A stretch of 64,000 nucleotides of DNA, from the NCBI GenBank assembly GCA_000092065.1, contig CP000583.1; one strand, 5' to 3'. The position numbers were made by a program, and so were the translations under genes. The notes beneath the pieces were generated by a model that worked only from the letters and a program-made list of their open reading frames with translations, was not told the DNA's origin and ran no database searches. Every line of letters starts with the position of its first letter. Within the stretch, counting starts at the first letter, position 1. Of the stretch, positions 19,667-28,123 are shown in pieces. The DNA comes from Ostreococcus lucimarinus. Lineage: Eukaryota.

Positions 19667-20302
19667 CTAACTTTCCGCGCTCGGGTTCGCCGCCGCCTCC
19701 TCGGCTCTCGACTTTGCGAGCGCCGCTCTGCGCGCGTACATCGCCTTCGCCTCTTCACTCCGCGCGGCCAGCGCCACGCGTCGCGCGTGTGCCTCCGGAT
19801 TGAACGCCACCATTCCCTCCGGCGATCGCGCATCCGGCGGCTTACTCAACCCTCGCGCCGGCGCCTCCATGCGCGACATTTTCGATTCATCAAACGCGTG
19901 CTCCGCCCCCGGAAACACCCTCAACTTCCGCATCGTCTCCTTGCTCCGCACGCACCTCGGCAGCATGCGTTCGACCGCTTTTCTCAGCACCCACGTCGGA
20001 TCTCGATCGAACATCTCCCTCGCCGTGCGCGTCACCAATCCCCCGACGTATCCCGTGTGTCGATGATACCGCTTCTTCTTCAGCTTCTCCCCCGTCAGGT
20101 GCACCTCCCCCGCGTTCACCACCACCACGACGTCCCCGCTCCCCGCGCCCGGCGCGTACGTCGGCTTATCCTTACCCTGCAGCGCCACCGCGATCCGCGA
20201 CGCCAATCGACCCAGCACCTCGCCCCTCGCGTCCACCAAGCGGTACCGCAGCCCGCGCAGGTTGGCCACGTTGCGCACGATCGCGCTCGATTTCGACGCC
20301 AT
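19667..20302 (-). CDS. Organellar (bacterial-type) ribosomal protein uL13
   Basis: ATG start; MASKSS...LRGLRYRLVDARGEVLGRLASRIAVALQGKDKPTYAP is a canonical L13 N-terminus. Confidence 0.8.
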   Translation of the reverse strand: MASKSSAIVRNVANLRGLRYRLVDARGEVLGRLASRIAVALQGKDKPTYAPGAGSGDVVVVVNAGEVHLTGEKLKKKRYHRHTGYVGGLVTRTAREMFDRDPTWVLRKAVERMLPRCVRSKETMRKLRVFPGAEHAFDESKMSRMEAPARGLSKPPDARSPEGMVAFNPEAHARRVALAARSEEAKAMYARRAALAKSRAEEAAANPSAES

Positions 20303-20425
20303 CGCGCGCGACCGCGACGCGCCGAGCGCCTCCGCGCGCGCGCCGGGCGCGCCTTCGTCCGCGCGCGCGACCGCGCGCGACCGCGACGACCGCGGACGAC
20401 GAACGACGCGCTCGAGCGTCGATCA

Positions 20426-20494
20426 ATGGCGAAATCGCAGAGGTTTTCGCCGCACACGACGGCGCGAGACATGTCGCGCGCGATCGTCGCGCGC

Positions 20495-20530
<36 letters not shown>

Positions 20531-21493
20531 CGCGCGCGCGCGCGAACGACGCGCGCGGCGCGGACGACGCGGACGACGCGCGCGCGCGTCGTCGCGCGAG
20601 CGACGGAGGATGGGCGAGAGGAGGATTCGAAGAGCGACGCGACGACGACGAGCGCGAGCGATGCGCGCGCGGTCATGCGAGCGTCGGACGCGGTGGAGGT
20701 CGCCGAGGATGATTACCGAGGCACGCTGCGGTTGTTTCTGGACACGGCGGACGAGGAGACGTTCGACGCGTGGTTGCCCACGGGGATGTTCGTCGGCGTG
20801 ACGACGAATCCGACGATATTGGAACGGGACGGCGTGGAGTGTAGCGTCGATGCGCTGAGCGCGCTGGCGAGGAATGCGCTTGAGTTTGATGCGGTGGAAG
20901 AGTTTCAAGTGCAGACGTGGGGGGAGGATAGCGATGAGATGTGGAAGAATGGAATCGCGTTGGCGCGACTGGACCCGGAGCGCGTGGTGGTCAAGGTGCC
21001 GGTGACGCTGGAGGGGATAAAGGCGGCGAACGCGTTGGTCGTGGACGGGGTGCGGGTGACGATGACGGCGGCGTATGCACCGCATCAAGTGCTCGTGGCG
21101 GCGTCGATCGGAGCGAATTATATAGCGCCGTATTTGGGACGAATGAACGACGCCGGTCGAGACGGCTTGGGAACCATCGTCTCGATGCAAGAAACCGTGG
21201 ATGAGTTGGAGAGCGATATGCGCATTCTCGTGGCGAGCGTGCGCACGGTGGCAGAGATGGCGAAGCTCGCGGCGAAAGGCTGCGATACGTTCACCATCAG
21301 CGAAAAGGTTGCGGCAGAAATGTTCACCGATCCTTTAACGAGCCAAGCCGCCATCGATTTCCAAAGCTGCGCCGAGCGCATGGCGCCCAAGCCGCCCAAG
21401 AAGGAGAAGGAAGCCGTCGTCGTCGAGGAAATAGACGTCGACGACTCCGACGACACCGACATCGTTCAAGACAGCGACGCGAGCGACGCGTGA
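20426..21493 (+). CDS. Transaldolase-like protein (TalC/fructose-6-phosphate-aldolase type) with an N-terminal transit-like peptide containing an (Ala-Thr)n tract
   Basis: LFLDTADEETFDAWLPTGMFVGVTTNPTILERDG and the downstream TIM-barrel region match MipB/TalC-type transaldolases. The ORF-track N-terminus (19787-20425) is antisense to uL13 and discarded. Confidence 0.75.
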
Positions 21494-22916
21494 GCTATGA
21501 TTAATGCAAGCTATTCTATTCGTACGACTCCCGCACTCGCCGCGCCGCTTCGCGAACTGGTCCGCCCCGCGCGAGATCGAATCCGGCACCTCCGCCGCGA
21601 ATCGAGGCGCGAGGCTCGACCGCAGGGCGCGCGCGACCGCGAAACGCGGACGCGACTTCGCCCGCGGCGCGAACGACGGACGACGGCGACAGTTGGCGAC
21701 GCGGGACGATGACGACGAGCGACGACGACGCGACGCGCGAGCCGACGACGACGGCGACGACGGTGAACGACGCTTCTAGGTCGTGAAATAAAAGCGCGCT
21801 GAGTCGAGCGCTGTACGCCACGTTCGGGCGAAGGCACGAGGAGAGACGGAATCGAGCGCGAGGTGACGCCGCCGGCGCAAAGTCGAACGCCGCGAAAAAC
21901 GGGAATCGAACGTCGGTGGCCGATAAAGCGTGCGGTGATGATGTTTCGTAGGCGCGATAACGATCGAGTCGCGTCGGCGCGCGAGTTTTGTAAAGTATAT
22001 TGATCAAAAGATGGAGCCACCGCGCGACGCGAGACGCGTCCAACTTGTCAACTTCACAACTTCAACTCTTCAATCTTCAACTCTTTCAACTAGTGTACAG
22101 AGGAGCGAATCGATCGCGCCAGTGCTCGTTCGTGGTGAGTCGGCATGTGTCAATCGATGGAATCTCAGCGCGTGCGCATACTTCTCACGCGAAGCACGTA
22201 TTGAGCATTGAGCTCGTCCAAGCGTCTCGAGATTTCGCGAGCGTCGGGCAAGCGACACGAGTCGCCGCACCAGAACGCTCGACGAGCGGGTGAACAGAGC
22301 GCCTGATTTTGCCAGTATGATGATTTTCCCTTTCCGTTGTTTGCGATCGAAGACGAATACTCATGCGAACGCGCCACGCTCGAGCTCGACGACGGCGCCG
22401 CGGCCGATCCCGACTCGACGTCGGAGTCGGAGTCGTTGAGCATGTTTATCAAATCCACCAAGTCGCACGGAAACATCTCTTCGTGGCTGGCGAGAAACAC
22501 GCTCGGTGACATGAGCGTCACCGTACACGGGGAGGCCGTCGTCGTGGCTTCCGAAGTCGGGGTCGTGCTAATCCTCTCGTCGTCTCGCGAAAGCACCAAG
22601 AGGTCAGAAGTGGGCGACGTGACGACCGAGTCACGCGCGAGGGTATCGGCGCTCGCAGACGCCATGATGAGTGATCGAGACGATGTCCGTCAGTGTACGC
22701 GAGCACTTTGCGGGTAAGGTACGATTGCGCGCGTTAAAGTGTGACCAGCGCCGTGCGCGTCACACTTTTTCGCACGTGAGCGCCGTTGGGTCGTCAGAGC
22801 GAAGGAGCAGCGGAGCCGCGGTTCATATTGAATTCAGATATGTATTATCATGGTACTATACTGCTACGGTGATTGTTGGCTGTGGACATCGGTATGATAC
22901 AAACGGGCTCGCGTCG

Positions 22917-24128
22917 TCATGAAAATGCGTGGCAGTCGTGCACAAACGTCGCCGTCGAGCTTTGTTGACGTATTTCCGCGATTGAATTTGGATCGGCAAA
23001 GGACGCTGGAAGCAGCGCGATCGATTGTAAGGCCTCATTGATGAGACGCATGTAGTACAAACAACCAAACGTGCTTGATTGTACCCTGCTCATGTCGAAC
23101 TGGTATTCGTCTGCTTGCTGTTTCATCTTTGCGACGACGTCGCCGATGGTGCTGGTCTGGAAGATAACAGCCTTCATTCTCTCTATTGGCACTGGACCCT
23201 GCAAGCCACGGAAGCCACTACGCTCCGCAATCATGGATGATTTGTTTTCCATGGCTGCTAATAGATTTTCTTGCATGGCCGCCATGCCGAGATAGTTCGC
23301 GTACGGATGAGCCGGCGCCGCCAACGCCGACGGACCTCGCGTAACCTTCTTATGCGACACACGTTGGCTGCGCCTCTGATCAGACAGGGCAGCGAGCTGC
23401 TTAGCGATCTCTGCTTCTTCGCCCGCGTCTGTAACGTCGTTGAGAAAGAAGGAGCAATAACGATCCGCCACTTGCACGTGTCGCGGAACCTTGCGGAAGT
23501 ATGTGTCTTCTGGAATTTTCCCGAGGTCGGCGTAGAAATCAATCAGAGGTCGCATTTTCCGCGTCCCACGCGGTCTGCGCAACTCGTCCATCGATTCTCG
23601 TATCATCCGTACCTCGACCAAGGGAGGAAGAGGAACAGGCGATGGGTCTCTCACCGCCTCGGCGACTGGTTCGCTCTTCAAGTCCGCGTTGGCTCCGCCG
23701 ATACGAGGTTGTTTCACGGACACCAACCCACTCAACGCGGCTTCTAAGTCATCCTCGAGCACTTCATCGTCGTCGACTGAAGCCTTCGATCGCTTTCTCT
23801 TCGCCGCAACAGCCACTTTTACTTTCTGCTGCGCGGGTTTCGCGAGGGCGACTTCGAGTTCGCGCGGCTCGACGACGACCTCCTTAATCTTCATATACTT
23901 TTCCATCTCCCTCGACGGCTGGACTCCCGGAGGCAGACGCAGCAATAACTTTTCCTTACCCGACCTAAAGTCGATCTGCCAAGGCTTGGTGATCACCAAC
24001 TGCTGCAACGCCTCGGTCTCCGGCAACAAGATCGTCCCCCACAACAACTCCACGCTCGAATCCACGCTCGGCACCCCGACCACGCGCGCGCAAAACTCCC
24101 CCACGGTCTCCCCATCGTACACCGGCAT
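22917..24128 (-). CDS. Hypothetical conserved-looking protein with a possible ubiquitin-like N-terminus and a basic KRKR region
   Basis: 403-aa ORF from the first ATG (MPVYDGE). Balanced composition, unlike the antisense artefacts. No domain recognised with confidence. Confidence 0.45.
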   Translation of the reverse strand: MPVYDGETVGEFCARVVGVPSVDSSVELLWGTILLPETEALQQLVITKPWQIDFRSGKEKLLLRLPPGVQPSREMEKYMKIKEVVVEPRELEVALAKPAQQKVKVAVAAKRKRSKASVDDDEVLEDDLEAALSGLVSVKQPRIGGANADLKSEPVAEAVRDPSPVPLPPLVEVRMIRESMDELRRPRGTRKMRPLIDFYADLGKIPEDTYFRKVPRHVQVADRYCSFFLNDVTDAGEEAEIAKQLAALSDQRRSQRVSHKKVTRGPSALAAPAHPYANYLGMAAMQENLLAAMENKSSMIAERSGFRGLQGPVPIERMKAVIFQTSTIGDVVAKMKQQADEYQFDMSRVQSSTFGCLYYMRLINEALQSIALLPASFADPNSIAEIRQQSSTATFVHDCHAFS

Positions 24129-24610
24129 CTGCGACGCCTCGTAATCCGGCAACGGCTTCGCGCCCGCGTCGCTCGTCGTCCCTCCCGCGTCGTCGCGTCG
24201 TCCCCGTCGTCCTCTCGTCGACGCCTATCCCTCGCGCGCGCGTCCGTTCCATCGTCAGTCCATCGCTCGCGTTCGACCGTCGCCCCTCCTCGTTCCTTTC
24301 GCGTCGTTCGCATCGCGCGCTCGCGCCGCGCGCCCGCGCGCGTCGCGACGACATCGCGCCAATCCCTCGACGCGTTCGTTTCGCGCGCGCGTCGTTCGCC
24401 CCGCGCGCGTCGTCCGCGCGCGCGCACCTTGGTGTCGATCGCGAGCGTCACGTGTCCGATCGGCGCGCGCGTCGCCGCGCGCCGACGCGCGTCGCGCGCG
24501 TCGACGTCCATCGCGCGACGCGACGCGCGCGACGCGACGCGGCGCGCGGAGATGTGCGCCCCGTCCCCTCGCGGGATGTTGCGGCGATCGCGCGGGCGCG
24601 GCGATCGCGC

Positions 24611-24899
24611 GGGTCGGTCGAGTGGGTCGATCGATCGATCGATCGATCGGTGCGTGGGTCGATCGGGTGATCGGTCGGTCGGTGGGTGATCGGTCGGTGG
24701 GTGGGTCGATCGATCGGTGGGTGGGTCGATCGATCGGTGGGTGGGTCGACTCGATCGATCGATCGGTGGATCGGTGGATCGATCGGTGGGTCGATCGATC
24801 GATCGGTGGATGGGTCGATCGATCGATCGGTGGGCGGGTCGACTCGATCGATCGATCGATCGGGGCGATCGATCGGTCGGTCGGTCGGTCGGTCGGTCG
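24611..24899. repeat. Minisatellite of about 290 bp, imperfect (GGTGGGTCGATCGATC)n, inside the divergent intergenic region between the gene starts at 24128 and 24957
   Basis: Direct reading of about 15 tandem units. Confidence 0.9.
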
Positions 24900-24956
24900 C
24901 GGCGACGCGACGCGCGACGCGCGAGACCGCGACGACGACGACGGGGCGGCGGCGAC

Positions 24957-26525
24957 ATGGCGCGCGCGACGGCGGCGCGCGGCGCGGGACGCGCGGTGGA
25001 CGCGCGCGCGGGCGCGCGACGCGGGACGCGCGCGACGCGCGTCGCGCGGGCGACGCGCGCGAACCGCGCGACGACGACGACGTCATCCGCAACGGCGACG
25101 TCCGACGCGGCCGTGGACGCGTTGGAGGCGCTGCGCGAGGTGAAAATCGCGCGCGCGGTGGATGGGGTCGAGGTCGACGCGGTCGGGGACGCGATCGCGC
25201 GCGAGGGACGCGTGGCGGCGCTGTTTTTGACGCAGTTTGGGGATTTCGATTCGTGGGAGCTCGCGCAGCGATTGGTGGACGATTTGGACGCGATGAAACG
25301 GGCGGGCGTGCGCGTGGTGGCGATCGGGATCGGGAGCGCGGACGCGGCGAGGGAGTTCTCGAAGCGCACGAGGTTTCCGCTGGAGAATTTGTACGCGGAT
25401 GAGGGAGGGAAGTGTCACGAGGCGCTCGGTTTCGCGCCGGGACTCGGACGCGCGGGAGGGGATTTCGCGTGGATGGAAGACAAGACGCCGTTTGTGAACG
25501 GGTACGCGAAATTGTTGCTGATGTGCGCGGGGATTGGGTCGCCCGGGACGCTTCCGGCGGTGTTCGGGGGGTATTTTGGGTCGAAATATAAGGATGAAAT
25601 CTTTGTGGAAGGAAGCAACCTGGACGTTCCGGCGATTCGCAAGGCGATGAAACTCACGCTCGGAGACGGTTACTTGCGGCCTTTTGAGCTTGCAACGTTG
25701 CGATTGAACAACATGATTCAAATTCTCAATAACTGGGAAGCGTTGACGCCGAAGGATAGCAACTTGTTGGTGCAGCGCGGTGGGGTCATCGTCTTCGACG
25801 ACGGGAAAGCTGCGTTCAGACACGACGATCAAGGGATTTTAGGATTCTGTCCCGCCGCTCGTGTCGTGGAAAAGGCTTTGAGTGACGATCCGTCGGCGAA
25901 GCCGGATCCCGTGAAGACGTTGCACCTCGCCGCAGAGTCGCGACGGGCGTACGTGGACGATATTTTCACCTCCATCTCTGCGCTCGAAAAGTCCAAAGAC
26001 AAGGACAACGTCAAAGGCGAGGAATTGACCGGTCAGTGGCGATTGATTTACACCACGGGAACAAAGAAAGTTGCGGCGAACGTCAATCGAACGGGTGGTG
26101 GGAGCTACTTTCCCATTCCCGCCGTGCAGTCGTTTGACTTGAACTCGGGACGCATTCGCAACGGAATCTACCTCGGCCCTATTAAGTTCTTTTTCGACGG
26201 ACCATTCATCTGGCGCGAAAAGTTGGACATGTTGGAATTCACTTTTACGCGCGTGAGCTTAGCGCTCGGTTCCCTAGGACCGTGGTCGAAGGATATAGAC
26301 GACGGCAAATGGGAAGCCGTGAAAGCCGCCGAGCAAAGCGCGAGCTCTGGGCAAGGTAACATAGAGAAATCGGACGTAAAAGCATCCAAGCCCGGTGCCA
26401 ATCCTTTCTTCAAGTTCGTGTACACCGACGATAAGTGCATCGCCGCGCGAGGTCGAGGCGGTGGCTTGGCGTTGTGGGCTCGCGTCGGCGAGCCCGAGAC
26501 GGATGCTCAAGAACAGCAGCAATAA
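24957..26525 (+). CDS. Fusion protein: Ala/Arg/Thr-rich transit-like peptide, then an AhpC/TSA-like thioredoxin-fold domain (PRXL2 type), then a C-terminal PAP/fibrillin domain
   Basis: PRXL2-like VAALFLTQFGDFDSWELAQRLVDDLDAMKRAGVRVVAIGIGSADAAREFSKRTRFPLENLYAD. Fibrillin signatures GQWRLIYTTG ... FKFVYTDDKCIAARGRGGGLALWAR. Confidence 0.7.
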   Translation: MARATAARGAGRAVDARAGARRGTRATRVARATRANRATTTTSSATATSDAAVDALEALREVKIARAVDGVEVDAVGDAIAREGRVAALFLTQFGDFDSWELAQRLVDDLDAMKRAGVRVVAIGIGSADAAREFSKRTRFPLENLYADEGGKCHEALGFAPGLGRAGGDFAWMEDKTPFVNGYAKLLLMCAGIGSPGTLPAVFGGYFGSKYKDEIFVEGSNLDVPAIRKAMKLTLGDGYLRPFELATLRLNNMIQILNNWEALTPKDSNLLVQRGGVIVFDDGKAAFRHDDQGILGFCPAARVVEKALSDDPSAKPDPVKTLHLAAESRRAYVDDIFTSISALEKSKDKDNVKGEELTGQWRLIYTTGTKKVAANVNRTGGGSYFPIPAVQSFDLNSGRIRNGIYLGPIKFFFDGPFIWREKLDMLEFTFTRVSLALGSLGPWSKDIDDGKWEAVKAAEQSASSGQGNIEKSDVKASKPGANPFFKFVYTDDKCIAARGRGGGLALWARVGEPETDAQEQQQ

Positions 26526-26530
26526 AGTTG

Positions 26531-27595
26531 TCAATAAAACTGTTGTACGTGCGCGCTAATCATGCACTTTTCCACTTCGATCGCTCGTCGCTTCGTATTT
26601 TCATCGAAAGTTTCCACCGCGAGCACCTCTTGTAAACCTTCGCGCACGTTTGGGACAAACTGTGTCGCTCGCTCTCCGGCGACGCGCAGCGCAGCCTCCA
26701 ACAAATCCAACACTCGCCGCACGACATCTTCGCGCCAACCGACGCTGGCGTGCGCGCTGAGCTCATTGAGCGCTGGAACGAGCACGTCGCCGAGGTGTCG
26801 ACACACCAAATCTTCAAAATCCTCCGCCGAGGAATGCGCGACTTCTTCGCCCACGGCGCGCACGTCGTCGATGTCATCCTTCAACGCACCGAGTATGTAA
26901 GGAAGCACTCGCGGCATTTGATCATCGCGACGGACATTAACAATCGTTCCACATAATCGAATGAATTCCATGCGCACGAGTGGCGATCGATCGCACGCGA
27001 GCGCGCCAAAATAGTTCACGCGACGACTGTCGTCGTCGCCTCGATATCCGCCACCCGTGAGATGAAAAGCGACGTCGTCGTACCCGCTCGCCGACATCGT
27101 CTCCCGCAGCGCGCACAGCGCGTGTTGACGCACTTTACTCGAACGATGCGTCAAGCTCGGCGCGATTATTTCGCGCACCACGACGACGGCGTCGGCTCGA
27201 TCTCGCGCCGCCGCGCGCGCCGCGCCGAGCGCCGAAATCGCCACCTCCGCGCACTCCTCTCTCGCGCACCCCCCGAGCGCGCGCACCACCGCATCGCGCG
27301 CGTCCGCATCCAGCGCCAAAAACGTCGACGTCGACGGCATCGCGCGCACCCTCTCCAAAATCCTCCCCATCGCTCGCGCCGCGCTCTCGCGCGCCTCCTC
27401 GCGCGCCTCCTCCCCTCGCGCCAGTCTCCCTCCCAGCCGCACCAGCGCCTCGCGCGCCTCCTCCCTCGTCGCGCTCGCCGCCATCCATCCCACCGTCTCG
27501 CACGCCCGCGCGCGCGCCTCCCCGTCCCGCCCCCCTCCCGCCGCCGTCTCCAGCGCCCGCGCCCGCGCCTCCCGAGTCAACGCCGAAACGTCCAT
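26531..27595 (-). CDS. HEAT/ARM-repeat protein of unknown function
   Basis: Alpha-helical repeat composition. The start is taken at the ATG for MDVSAL. The stop codon lies 5 nt from the stop of the convergent gene. Confidence 0.4.
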   Translation of the reverse strand: MDVSALTREARARALETAAGGGRDGEARARACETVGWMAASATREEAREALVRLGGRLARGEEAREEARESAARAMGRILERVRAMPSTSTFLALDADARDAVVRALGGCAREECAEVAISALGAARAAARDRADAVVVVREIIAPSLTHRSSKVRQHALCALRETMSASGYDDVAFHLTGGGYRGDDDSRRVNYFGALACDRSPLVRMEFIRLCGTIVNVRRDDQMPRVLPYILGALKDDIDDVRAVGEEVAHSSAEDFEDLVCRHLGDVLVPALNELSAHASVGWREDVVRRVLDLLEAALRVAGERATQFVPNVREGLQEVLAVETFDENTKRRAIEVEKCMISAHVQQFY

Positions 27596-28123
27596 TCGCG
27601 TCCTCGCCCCCCTCGCGCGTCGCGCGTCGTCGTCGCGTCGGCGTCGCGATCGCGGCGACGCGCGGTCGACGCGACGTTCGCGTCGCACCGCGCGCGCGTC
27701 GCGCGTCGTCGCCCGCGCGCGCCGGCGTCGCGTCGCCCGCGCGTCGCCCCGATCGCGACGATCCGGCGACGCCGACGCGACGATCGACGTCGCGCGCGCG
27801 GGCGCGCGGGCGCGAAATACCCATACACACGGATCCGAAACCACCATCACGCGCGCGGACCCGAGACACCGATAAAGCGGACCGCGCGCGCGAGATCACG
27901 CGTTTAACGTGCGCTCGACGCTATAAACGTGGATGGACGAAACGCACGAAAAACGGCGCGGCGCGCGCCGATCGGGCGAGGGGAACGAAGCGCGGGAAAC
28001 GAATCGGCGCGACGGCAAAACGGCGCGCGCGACGACGACGCGAGGCGCCGACGACGCGCGACGACGACGCGACGCGACGCGACGCGTTGATTCGCGGCGA
28101 ACGCGCGCGGTCGGGATCGGGAG

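Noticed and set aside
24611-24899. Possible CRISPR array (regular short repeats).
   Set aside because: The units are contiguous with no unique spacers, the context is eukaryotic, and there are no cas genes. It is a minisatellite.
23993-25369. 458-aa minus-strand ORF, plus the 24448..25092, 24622..25143 and 24686..25402 ORFs full of DRSI/GGSI repeats.
   Set aside because: They are translations of the (GGTGGGTCGATCGATC)n minisatellite and of the antisense of the AhpC-fibrillin presequence. This is repeat-derived pseudo-protein.
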